Assembly (NCBI GenBank): GCA_042852035.1
Contig: BAAFHK010000002.1
Span: 30,001-62,000 of the forward strand
Source of the DNA: Candidatus Saccharimonadota bacterium
GTDB taxonomy: Bacteria > Patescibacteriota > Gracilibacteria > BD1-5 > UBA2023
DNA: 32,000 bases
Reading direction: 5' to 3'
The notes under the pieces are model-generated. The model ran no database searches, was not told the origin of the DNA, and worked only from the letters and a program-made list of their open reading frames with translations. Below are positions 21,866 through 32,000 of the stretch, in pieces. Each line of letters opens with the position of its first letter. The first letter of the stretch is position 1. The translations under genes and the position numbers were made by a program.

Positions 21866-23569
21866 ATGCTTCCGGTAGTGCTTGTTATTCCTCTTCAGCT
21901 TTTTGCGACTGAAACAATTACGAAAGAGGCAACTTATTACTCTGACTCATTTCAATGAGGACATACGGCAAATGGAGATACTTTCGATCAAAATAGCTAT
22001 TCTGCAGCTATGTGTGATATTCCTCTTGGTCAATACCTCCATGTTTCAAAATGAAATACGTGAGTGGTTGTCGAGCTTAATGATCGTCCGAATTGTTCTC
22101 GGTACCCAGAAGTTATTGATCTGAGCAGAAGAGCTTTTCAGGTATTTGCTCCACTGAGCGCCTGAAGAGTAGAGGCGCTAAATGTAACACCGATTGGCAC
22201 AGCGCCAATGGGCCAAACAAAGTGATTTCTTCCATCAGATAGCTTTCGTCACCTTTGAGTAACTCTCACAAACGATATCCCAAATATTTTGTTTTCGGGT
22301 GATACTATTGAGGTGTCTGGAAATATTACAACAGCCAATCAGTATGTTCTAGTCTATGCTCAGAAGGAAGGGAATCCACCTGTAAATAAGCTTCTAAAAG
22401 TTGGGAAAGATAAGACTTTTAAATGATACATTACTCTTCCTGATATTACAGGAGAACTCGTGTTCGTAGTTGCAAGTGGGAATAGTTTTGATACAGATAA
22501 ATACGTTACTTTGACCCTTATATGAAAAGACTCACTTTCATACCCGAATATTCCATCCTCTTCTCGAGTAAAGATTTCTCCGAAGCTGACGTATTCTCCG
22601 AATGGTGAACCGTTGATTCGTCTCCCAAAAAATATCTATGCTGAACTGAAGATTACTCAAGACAAAAGAATGTTTCAAACACAGTGAAATAGTCTCTTGC
22701 TTTCGAATCTACCACTTTCTGTTGGAAAGGCTCAAGTTTCAATCAATTGATTCTGACTTTCTAGTTCATCACCTCTCGATAGAGGTATTTCTTATCCGAG
22801 TCTTTTTTCTGGATCAATCCTCCTTGAGAGGTCACATGATACGATTGGTTGAGATCTTGTAAGTATTCAAAACAGGAATACTTTTGCGAAATTTCGATTT
22901 AAGTCACCTACCGACTATAAGCTCAGAAGTAAGTACTATATCTTATCACCTAATGGAGACGTAAAAGAAATGGCTTTCCCAAAATCTTATATTGGCGACG
23001 ATGGTTTTTTGCGCTCCTGATTTCTGGTGAGTTCTGTCTTTCGACTTGATGGGGAAGGGACCTATCTCCTTGAAATTGTTCGAGAAGATGGGATAGCTTT
23101 TGCAAATATTTCTGTTACAAAATGAAATGCTTGGCCTGTAGTTGAAATGCTTTCAGACAAGCAAATTTCACAAATTCGAGATGATAGAGCTCAGGTAATA
23201 GTTTCTACGGTCAATCGAATCAATGATCTCAGAAAAAATCTTGGCAGAAATTCTGTTTCACTCGATGATACTCTAACAAAACTTGCCCAGGCAAAAGTCG
23301 ATGATATGATCAGGCGATGATATGAGTGACACGCTGATCCAGATGGGAACTATATTGACTACCTTGCTCTAAAGCTAGGAATCAATCCAGGAGGGGCAAT
23401 CGGAGAAAATATAGGGTATTGAACCGTATCGGACCTCTCCCTAGAAGACGGACTTGAAGAATCATGAGTTCACCGTATGAATATCTTGCAAGATGCTTGG
23501 AATCGAGTTGGTATTGGTTATGGAGTAAATGAAGGTAAGGTATACCTTGTTCATATTTTCTGAGAGTAG
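21866..23569 (+). CDS. secreted protein with N-terminal RlpA-like double-psi beta-barrel and C-terminal CAP/SCP (YkwD-like) domain, 567 aa, 19 in-frame UGA(Gly)
   Basis: ATYYSDSFQGGHTANGDTFDQNSYSAAMCDIPLG...VVVELNDRPNCSRYPEVIDLSRRAF is RlpA-like. The C-terminus AQAKVDDMIRRGYEGHADPDG...GENIGYG...SGVHRMNILQDAWNRVGIGYG is CAP-like. No ORF >=60 aa exists in this frame under the standard code. Confidence 0.75.
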
Positions 23570-23724
23570 TATTATTCATACTATATATAGAGGAGAGTAT
23601 TTATGTAAAAACTCGAGTAATTGTCCTCTTTTCTTTTTTGACTTCTTTTCCTCTGAAAATATGATGAATTTGTCACAAAAAAACATATACAACGTCTCTC
23701 ATTTCAGAACCTAACTTTTTTTCT

Positions 23725-26103
23725 ATGAAAACTCGAATCTTGTTCCTATTTACCATTCTTTTTGGACTCTTTCCACTTGTAAGAGTTGATGCAGCAGCTC
23801 TCTGTGCACAGGTTATTCAGTACGCTGAGAATAATGACACTGGAGAATGTCAGGCATACCCAACTCCTTGTGATGTTCCTTCTGGTTGGACAGCTGTTCG
23901 AGAGTGTAGCATAAAAACTCCGTCAAAAAACTTTTCTCCAAAATTTGAAGTGCAAAAGTTCGCTTCATGTGAGGCAATGGAAGATAAAATGATCGATATT
24001 CTCAAACGATATCAATCCAGGTATTGGTATCCTACGTATACTCGTTGAGGGGTTATGTTTGCTAATGATGCGGTATCAGTCTGAGCGGTAGCAGAAAAAT
24101 CAGTTGCATCACCTGCACCTACGATGGCGCCTCTCGGTGATGGGGCTTGAGCGGGCACTGTTTCGACTACCAACATTCAAGTACTCGGAGTAGATGAGTC
24201 TGATACAGTGAAAACAGATGGAAAGAATCTCTATAGCTACTCTGAAGAATCTCGAGAAGTTCGTATTGTTCAGTCTAGTACCCTCAATCTCCTTTCAACC
24301 ATAAAACTCCCCGAAACTTTCAGTTCTGTTACTCTCTATCTTTCAAAAGGAAAGCTCGTTCTCGTTGGTACAAAATATACGTATTCAGGAAATAATTGGA
24401 ATTATCGCTGGTACGCCCCAGAATCAAAATCTATAGTTGCTGTATACAATGTTTCAACTCCAGAAAAACCAATTCTCGAAAGATATTCTCAAATTGATGG
24501 AAATTATAGAGAGTCACGACTTATTGGGGATATGCTTTATATGGTTTCATCGAGTTATCTCCGTATGCCTCCAGTGTATTCTACATTGTACGCGAAGAAA
24601 ACTACGGGATTCGATGACAGTATCAATGCAATAGGAAAGGACTTTAGTCTTAAAAATATTTCTCCTGAGATTCGTGAGAGCATCCGCACCAATAAAGGAA
24701 AGGTCCTTCAGTCAATTCGTTCGTCTGTTGCGAATTGTAAGGATGTCACCTTCGTCCTCCCTGATGATGAAACGCTTAAAAGTATAGATTTTAGTCCAAC
24801 TTTTGTCTCACTCTCTTCTGTTAATATTAGCGATCCGACTTCAAAAATGAAATCAGAACTCCTTTTTGGGGATGTCTCGCAGATTCATATGAGCCAATCC
24901 GCTCTCTATATTACTTCAGCAGTAAGTGTTTCAGGAAACTCGACTTCACCATGTCCAATAAACGCAGAATGTGCGATGCCAGCCTATTCATCTACGATAT
25001 CAAAAACTCTTGTTCATAAATATGCTCTTGCATGATGAGGTCTCACTTATAAATACTCAGTTACAGTAGACGGATATCCGATGAACCAGTATTCTATGGA
25101 TGAAGATGCCGGCTGAAACTTCCGACTTGTTACTCAAAATTATGCTTGGTCGAGCCAAGGTAATCAAAATACTACAGAACTTAATATTATAGGGACAAAT
25201 GGGAAGGTGATTGGCTTTTTAAAAAATATTGCCCCAGGAGAAAACTTTCAGTCGGCTCGTTTTATCGGAAAAAGACTTTATCTGGTCACATTCCAGCAAA
25301 TTGATCCATTTTTTGTAGTTGACCTCTCAGTTCCAACAGCTCCAGTCCTTCTCGGTGAACTGAAGATGCCTGGATATTCAACCTACCTTCATCCCTATGA
25401 TGATGATCGAATCATCGGACTTGGTTATGATACGAAGACAAACCAGTGGGGAGGAACCCAAAATGGAGGAATAAAAATTGATCTCTATAATATACGTGAT
25501 GTGAAGAATCCTCTTCAGGAATCTTCTCTTGTTCTCGGTGATGCTGGTTCTTCATCTGAGGTTCTTACAAATCCACGCGCTTTCGTCTGGTATAAAGAAA
25601 AGAAACTTCTCCTCCTCCCAGCGACTCTGATGAAAAGCGCGAATGATAAAAACGATCCATACAGAGCTCAGAGCGCATTCCAATGACTTCTTTGAATAAG
25701 TATTAATCCAGGTTCTGTTATCGAGAAATTTCGCATTACTCATATAACCCCTGATGCTTCTCTTGAGAAAAAATGGAAGGATGATTGTGCTCAATATACA
25801 AGTACAGCAACATCGTGTAAAACCCTCTTAGATGGATCAAGTTATTGTGGTGGGTCATCATGGGTCCCTTGATATTGTTATGCAGGATCTACGGTAGATA
25901 GTTACCTCGCGAGTAATCTTTGGAATTATTCTCGTGACTTCGTGACGAGAGCACTCTATATCGGAAATACTTTCTATTCACTCTCAGAATGAGGAATTAG
26001 ATCTTGGGATTTCGCGAATACTACTAAACCACTCAATACCATTACGTTCGTTTCTAAACCGGTAAGTTCTCCTATCTATCCAGTTCCTATGATGGTAAAG
26101 TAA
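23725..26103 (+). CDS. secreted beta-propeller domain protein (PF09826-like), 792 aa, 10 in-frame UGA(Gly)
   Basis: Joins track ORFs 23725..24048, 24208..25035 and 25207..25686 in one frame. Signal peptide MKTRILFLFTILFGLFPLVRVDA. STTNIQVLGVDESDTVKTDGKNLY and GYSTYLHPYDDDRIIGLG are typical of this family. Confidence 0.75.
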
Positions 26104-26117
26104 ATTCTGTTTTTTAG

Positions 26118-26150
26118 AAATCTCCCAAGTTTGGGAGATTTTGTTTTTTT
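26118..26150 (+). terminator. rho-independent terminator
   Basis: AAATCTCCCA-AGTT-TGGGAGATTT followed by TGTTTTTTT. Confidence 0.7.
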
Positions 26151-26174
26151 ACAAAGATAGGGTATTATACTGCT

Positions 26175-26807
26175 ATGGAATTCTCAGCTCGACATCATGA
26201 TGCCCTTGTTCACGGAGGAATAGATCGAAGTGAGGTATCCTTGCAAGCTCCACTCCTCGCAGACACTCTCAGAAAAATTGTGCATGCCATACTCGAATGA
26301 AAGAAATATGTAAAACTCAGTTCATATAAAAAAAAGAAGGGAAAGGAATCTAGCAAAGAAAAAAAATTTCCTCTTCCTCAAATTCGTGGACTTTCACACA
26401 AAGAGAGAAAGCATCTTGCGAAAGAGGCATTTCACGAGGCTCTCGAATTTCGAAATATTGACCTTAGGGATGATAGAATCGCCGCAGCATGTCGTGAAAT
26501 CAAATCGGAATACAGAAATGAAGAAATCTATACGGAAGAGAAGCTTTGGGCTGATGCAAAGATATTAATATGAGCTTACTTTCTTTTTCGAAAGACTGAC
26601 GGTGCAAAATGACTCCTCTCCACTTTTAAGACTATTACCAGACATCCATCGACCGCGGTGCTTGAAGCGAGTAATATACTTTCAACGCTAAAATCTCTCC
26701 TCCAAGCCGTGGAACGAAATAAGGCAATTGATTATAAATTGTTCGCAAAGAATATGAGGGAATACACAAAAGAGTTGCTTAGGAGCTACCCAGATGAAAA
26801 AAGGTAA
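26175..26807 (+). CDS. hypothetical Lys/Glu-rich protein, 210 aa, three UGA(Gly)
   Basis: Frame open from ATG 26175 to TAA 26805. The 60-aa track ORF 26386..26568 is in a different frame. Confidence 0.5.
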
Positions 26808-26817
26808 AAAATAAAAA

Positions 26818-27024
26818 TTGACTATCGAAGCGACTTTTATATCATAGAAAAAGAAGCAATTGAGCGGCCAACACCCGCGAGCTCATGAAAGAACAGCGAA
26901 AGCTTATTAGAATCATGCGGAGTCGAGATACTTCGTCAATAAAATAAAATCAAGTACCGCTCTCGGTGGCACCTTTCGATAAAACGAACCGAAGCACATG
27001 AATATTCTTTCGTGTGCTTTTTTT
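26818..27024 (+). promoter_or_regulatory. candidate T-box leader (Asp specifier) with its own promoter and terminator
   Basis: Promoter TTGACT-N16-TATCAT at 26818-26845. GGTGGCACC at 26965-26973 forms an antiterminator-like fold: TCGG[TGGCACC]TTTCG-loop-CGAA-CCGA. Terminator AAGCACA/TGTGCTT + T7 at 26992-27024. GAGATACTTCG (GAU then A) sits at 26925-26935. Confidence 0.45.
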
Positions 27025-27399
27025 ATGGCTTCGATTTCACTTCCATCCTTTGATACTCTTGCTGATGCTCAGAAGTACGATTGAGTAGAAGTACGAGACA
27101 CTCTTCTTCCGAGTGGATCGGAGATACTCCCGATTAATGATATCTCTCTCTGTAATGGAAGAGTTGATTGCTCATGATGTGAAAATCTCCTTACGAGAAT
27201 CCCTGGTGAAGTGGCTTGAGTCTTTCTCGGGAAAGAATCAAATCCTTCATTTGCGCTCTGTAGAAGATGAGAAACACCAGAACTAGAGCGACTCATCAGT
27301 ATCAGATATTCAAGTACAAGGGATCAGAGAGTCCCAACGGTCGTCCAATTCTGATCGACACAGTGTCCAAGAGAATTCTGAGAACATCCAACCAATTAA
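27025..27399 (+). CDS. doubtful ORF (124 aa, 6 UGA) between the T-box-like terminator and aspS
   Basis: Open only under table 25. The protein looks plausible at the N-terminus and poor afterwards. It may be non-coding leader or a gene remnant. Confidence 0.2.
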
Positions 27400-27420
27400 T
27401 CATTTACTTACTTTTTTCCT

Positions 27421-29202
27421 ATGCACCGCACCCATACCGCTGGCGAGCTCAACGCATCACATATCGGACAAGAAGTCACCCTCTCCGGATGGGTGGCGAA
27501 TCGCCGTGACCATGGTGGTCTCATCTTCATCGATCTCAGAGACCGATACGGTATCACTCAGACCGTCTATGATCCGACAGAGAATAAGGAGGCTCACGCT
27601 GTGGCAGACACATTCCGTTCTGAATATGTCGTGAAACTCACAGGAAAGGTGAGACGAAGACCAGAAGGTCAAGAAAATGAGAAGCTCTCAACAGGAGAGA
27701 TCGAAGTCATCATCTCTCACGCTGAAGTCTTATCCAAGTCTGAAGTCCCACCATTCGAAATCACTGAGTATACCGGAGCGGCCGAAGAAATCCGCCTCAA
27801 GTACCGCTACCTCGATCTCCGCAGAAAGAGTGTGTTCGATAAGATCGAGTTCCGAGCACGGATGAATAAGTTCACTCGTGACTGGTTTACAGAACACGGA
27901 TTCCTCGAAGTACAGACTCCGATATTCACGGTCTCATCTCCAGAAGGAGCGAGAGACTATCTCATCCCATCACGACTTCATCACGGGAAGTTCTACGCGC
28001 TCCCACAAGCACCTCAGCAGTACAAGCAACTTCTCATGGTGGGAGGAGTAGACAAGTACTTCCAGATCGCACCATGTTTCCGAGACGAAGACCCTCGCGC
28101 GGATCGTCACTCATGTGAGTTCTACCAGATCGACTGTGAGATGAGCTTCGTCGAACAGGAAGATGTATTCGCTGTCGCAGAACCGTTCGCGAAAAACTTA
28201 ATCGAAACTATTACAGAGAAAAAGATAATTTCTCTGAACACAGATAAAACATTCAAAAGAATGACCCATAAAGAAGCCATCGATACCTATGGTTCAGACA
28301 AGCCAGATATCCGCTTTGATATGCACTTTGAAGACCTAACGCAAAACTTTGCGACAAGTGGTTTTTCGCTCTTTTCTCGTGCAGTGGCTGAGGGTGGAGT
28401 CGTGAAAGCGATGAAACTCGAGAACAAAGTCCTCTCACGAAGTGAGATCGACTCACTCACGGAAGTGGCGAAATCTCATGGAGCCGGAGGACTCGCATAC
28501 ATCATATACGAGGCTGATGGTCCAAAAAGTCCTATTCTCAAATTCTTCACGGGAGATGAACTCGCGACCCTCGAAGCGAAGCTCGCACCAAAAGTGGGAG
28601 ATATGATCTTCTTCGGAGCGGGTGAGTATAAGGTCGTCTGTAAAGTCCTCGGACAAGTGCGACTCGCGTGTCGTGATCGATTCGATCTCGTGAATCGAGA
28701 TGAGATAGCATTTTGCTGGGTCACCGACTTCCCGATGTACGAACAAAAGGATGATGGAAGCTATGACTTCGAACACAATCCATTCTCAATGCCTCATGGA
28801 GGACTCAAAGCCTTCGAAGGCAATCCTGATCCACTCTCGATCTACGGATGTCAGTATGACCTCGCGTGTAATGGGTATGAGATCCTCTCTGGGTCTATCC
28901 GAAATCACTCGGCTGAGGCACTCGTGAAAGCGTTCAACATAGTCGGGAAGGGGGAAGCGGAAGTGAAATCAAAGTTCGGTGCGATGTATACCGCGTTCCA
29001 ATACGGTGTCCCTCCACATGGAGGATTCGCGTTCGGATTCGATCGTCTCCTCATGATACTCCGCGACGAGGAGAACATCCGTGAGATTTATGCATTTCCG
29101 AAGTCGGGGAAGGCAGAGGATGCGATGATGAATGCTCCGTCAGAGGTGGATGAGATGCAACTCAGAGAATTGCATATTAAGGTGAGGGAGACGAATAAGT
29201 AA
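27421..29202 (+). CDS. aspS: aspartyl-tRNA synthetase, bacterial type, 593 aa, no UGA
   Basis: MHRTHTAGELNASHIGQEVTLSGWV..., class II motifs FRDEDPRADR and GGFAFGFDRL, and a GAD insertion-domain length. Confidence 0.95.
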   Translation: MHRTHTAGELNASHIGQEVTLSGWVANRRDHGGLIFIDLRDRYGITQTVYDPTENKEAHAVADTFRSEYVVKLTGKVRRRPEGQENEKLSTGEIEVIISHAEVLSKSEVPPFEITEYTGAAEEIRLKYRYLDLRRKSVFDKIEFRARMNKFTRDWFTEHGFLEVQTPIFTVSSPEGARDYLIPSRLHHGKFYALPQAPQQYKQLLMVGGVDKYFQIAPCFRDEDPRADRHSCEFYQIDCEMSFVEQEDVFAVAEPFAKNLIETITEKKIISLNTDKTFKRMTHKEAIDTYGSDKPDIRFDMHFEDLTQNFATSGFSLFSRAVAEGGVVKAMKLENKVLSRSEIDSLTEVAKSHGAGGLAYIIYEADGPKSPILKFFTGDELATLEAKLAPKVGDMIFFGAGEYKVVCKVLGQVRLACRDRFDLVNRDEIAFCWVTDFPMYEQKDDGSYDFEHNPFSMPHGGLKAFEGNPDPLSIYGCQYDLACNGYEILSGSIRNHSAEALVKAFNIVGKGEAEVKSKFGAMYTAFQYGVPPHGGFAFGFDRLLMILRDEENIREIYAFPKSGKAEDAMMNAPSEVDEMQLRELHIKVRETNK

Positions 29203-29207
29203 TTTAT

Positions 29208-30122
29208 ATGAGAAAAATTTTTGATTCTAAAATTTTTGATTGAATTGAAATTACTTCCCAAATTGAATTTGAATCTTTTTGTAGGAAACATTCTGAATTT
29301 TGTAAATCTTATTTGCGAGCATGAATTAAAAATACCTATAGAAATGAATATGAGGAAATCTATCAATCTTTCTGAGAGATTTTTCCTGTAAAAGGAATTA
29401 TAGAAGAAGTAAGTAGAAATGATGAAAAATTTACCCAGAGATTCTGGGAATTAGAAATTTATAATGCACTCAGAAAGATAAGTGGAAGTTTAAACAGGAC
29501 TAAACAATGAGTAGACTTTAAATTTTTACCACAATGATATTCCGCCTTTATTGATATAGAATGTGTAGCGCCATGAAGATGAACTGGGAAAACGTCCATT
29601 GCAGAATATGATAATTATATGAAAGTCCAAATATCTCCCCCAGATATTGATGAGAGAGTTGTTTTAAGAATTATTAAAAAAATTGATGAAAAACTTAAAC
29701 ACAAAAACCAAACATTTTCTTGTACACGACCTTATATTATAGCAATAAATACAGCAAATCTACCATGGGAGTTCCATACTAAAAGAATTTATCAAACACT
29801 TTTTGCACTTAAATATCCGTTATCAAACAATCCCTTGAGATGGTGGAGTGAGAAAAATGTAAAACTATGATATTTCGCCACGGATAAGTATAAATATATT
29901 AGTGCAATTATCTATAGTAATTGTCATCCAAATGAGTATAGAGAATGAAATCCTAATAGAAGACATTTGTATATGATCCATAACCCATTTGCACAATTTC
30001 CTATCAATAGGGTTACTTTTCCATTTTTCCAACATGTACTATTCAATCCTGAAACTCTTGAAATTATAGATGAAACATCAGATCCTAATGATATACCTGA
30101 ATGAACAATTATTAATTTCTAA
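29208..30122 (+). CDS. hypothetical protein, 304 aa, 10 in-frame UGA(Gly), very AT-rich
   Basis: ATG lies 6 nt after the aspS stop. The frame runs through track ORF 29619..29870 to TAA at 30120. Confidence 0.55.
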
Positions 30123-30126
30123 AGAA

Positions 30127-30152
30127 TCCCACCCCACTCGGTGGGAATTTCT
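30127..30152 (+). terminator. hairpin TCCCACC-CCACTC-GGTGGGA (weak terminator)
   Basis: Read directly from the sequence. The following T-run is short. Confidence 0.35.
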
Positions 30153-30215
30153 TCATTCACTCATTTTTGACAAAAGTATTATAATATCTAAAATTCGAGA
30201 AATACTTTTGTACAT

Positions 30216-30986
30216 ATGACACAGAAAAATCTCTCATGAATGGCAAATACTCCAGAGTTCCAGCAGGCACGAATCCTCGCGAAAAATGGAGGGAGGGGAG
30301 AGTGGACATTTTATACTACAATGTGACATATCGTGACGAAGATACTCGATATGGATCTCCGAGTAACCCTTCCTGACGGGAGTGTGATGCCACTTTTTAC
30401 GACGGTGTGAGAAGTGAATACGTATTTCCGTATTCGTCCTGATCAGTATGGAGATACCCCGAATAGGTATGCTATGGATCATTTTGTCGGAGAAATGTAT
30501 CGACGAAAAATAGCACCAATGGAACGAGCCATTCTCGATCCAGAGAAAGAGGGAATGAAAGATTTTTTTCGTTTGAATGTCTGGGAAATGCTTGTGGAGA
30601 ATGATACTATTGACCAGCTCCTGGATGAGGTTGATGCTCTCGCAGATATGTGAATCGTATGAGTCGATAGGGCTGTCACTGGTGATGTTCGTGACTGGAT
30701 CGTGAAGAATGCTTACCATAAGCAGAAAGACCTGTTTGATTGGTACCAACTTCCTCCAGAAACTCGGAAAGGATATTGCATTAATCTCCTTGATAGAAAC
30801 CAATTTACAGACTATTTTGCTGATCTCGTGGTAGAGTATCCATGGCGAAAACACCCGATGAGTGCCCACCGGCAGATGAATATCATCCAGTCAAGAATCA
30901 GAGCACTCTATGTGGTAGATGCGGACCTTGAGAAAGTGGTTGGAAAGGGGAAGTGAGACCAGATGAGGAATACGAGATATTTATAA
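30216..30986 (+). CDS. hypothetical protein, 256 aa, 6 UGA(Gly)
   Basis: Joins track ORFs 30414..30653 and 30702..30956 in one frame from ATG 30216. The protein looks globular, unlike the 211-aa antisense ORF. Confidence 0.6.
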
Positions 30987-31066
30987 TTTATAAATTCCAA
31001 CCTCACTAGGAGAATTTTGTATTCATCTGAGAATATGGTAGACTCTTGGTATCCTTAGTTGTCATT

Positions 31067-31858
31067 ATGAAATCAAGAATCTTCTCTCTCGGACTCATGC
31101 TCACTATCATTTCTCTCGTAATAGTACCTCTCACAGATACCTTTGCACGTGCGGGAGGTGGGGGTCGGAGTGGTTGAGCGGGAGGTGGTATCGCCCTCGT
31201 CCTCGCTGGTATATACTATGCCATATATACTATCCGCCGAAAGAAGCTCCTGAAAAAAGCTCAGAAAAATCTCGAAAAGGCCCAATCGACAGATTCATCA
31301 TGGAATGAAGAAGAGTTTAAGGAGATTGTCAGAAAGACATTTTTCCTCTATCAGGATGCCTGGATGAATAAAAATCTCGAGAGTCTCGGAGAATACCTGA
31401 GTACTGACTATCTCGAGCGTGCGAAGGCAGATATGGCAGATATACTCGATGGGAAGAAAAATATCATCAAAGACCCAAAGATACGATCGCTCAATCTCAT
31501 CTCCGTGAAAGACACAGAAGGACATGAAGGGGATATGTTCGTCATGGAGATCATCGCTGCGATGATCGACTATACAGTATCTGAGAAGACGGGTGAATTC
31601 ATAGAATCGACTCTCACACAAGAAAAAAATGAAAGTGATGCGAGTTATGAGTCTCGAGCAAAAAGAGAAAAAGAAGAATTTACTGAGTTCTGGACATTTA
31701 TCCGTATCGATGGAAGATGGCAGCTCAATGATATCAAGCAAGGGGGAGTCCTCCTCAGTGATATCGGTTCGAATCCTTCTGAGTCAGAACTCAATGAAAT
31801 ACTCGCCAAAGAAGAGGCAACTGAGGAGATATCGGATGATATGTTTTATAAAAAATAA
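31067..31858 (+). CDS. Tim44-like domain membrane protein, 263 aa, one UGA(Gly)
   Basis: Signal/TM segment, Gly-rich linker ARAGGGGRSGGAGGG, a second TM, then a domain with the WNEEEFKEIVRKTFFLYQDAWMNKNLESL...FWTFIRIDGRWQLNDI pattern typical of bacterial Tim44-like proteins. Confidence 0.65.
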
Positions 31859-31941
31859 AAAATCCAGAGAAAATACCGTAAGAGCTTTATTTTTTACACT
31901 TTTTTAGAATTATCTTTTGCTTTTCAAACAGGGGTAATATA

Positions 31942-32000
31942 ATGAGATTTATTATCATTTTTTACTTTTATGAATCTTCTCCAGAGGACACGAGCGGTTT
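31942..32000 (+). CDS. 5' end of an ORF running off the window (MRFIIIFYFYESSPEDTSG...)
   Basis: An ATG with open frame to the window edge. Too short to judge. Confidence 0.25.
   Translation, partial: MRFIIIFYFYESSPEDTSG

Noticed and set aside
30234-30869. 211-aa minus-strand ORF
   Set aside because: Its composition (His/Ser/Ile/Cys-rich) is not protein-like. The + strand frame 30216-30986 gives a globular-looking protein joining two track ORFs through UGA codons.
31298-31741. 147-aa minus-strand ORF
   Set aside because: It is antisense to the Tim44-like gene, which has a coherent signal/TM/domain architecture.

Overview
AT-rich bacterial window that reads correctly only with UGA = Gly (translation table 25, as in Gracilibacteria/Absconditabacteria-SR1 candidate-phyla-radiation lineages). 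Conserved Gly columns of GyrA and RpsJ, and a paralog pair, are encoded by TGA. About half of the genes are fragmented or invisible in the supplied standard-code ORF track. Re-read with table 25, the window contains: (i) a complete diversity-generating retroelement at 838-3635 (variable target gene with VR, Avd, TR, DGR-type reverse transcriptase) with 15 adenine-specific TR->VR changes, preceded by an (AGCC)16 microsatellite; (ii) a tRNA(CAU) gene split by a 600-nt group I intron carrying an antisense HNH endonuclease gene; (iii) two copies of a ~110-nt structured repeat, each ending in a duplicated tRNA-type 3' end; (iv) an rrn operon (16S-23S-5S, no spacer tRNAs, altered anti-Shine-Dalgarno tail, ~137-nt AT-rich insertion in 23S) followed by tRNA-Arg, Val, Val; (v) housekeeping genes ftsX, tuf, rpsJ, rpmB, rpsP, a KH protein, gyrA and aspS (candidate Asp T-box leader, atypical composition), plus tRNA-Asp, Ala, Leu; (vi) secreted, membrane or unknown proteins (RlpA-DPBB+CAP fusion, beta-propeller protein, two small two-TM paralogs, Tim44-like protein). 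No CRISPR array was seen. All coordinates and translations were derived by hand, so ends may be off by a few nt.
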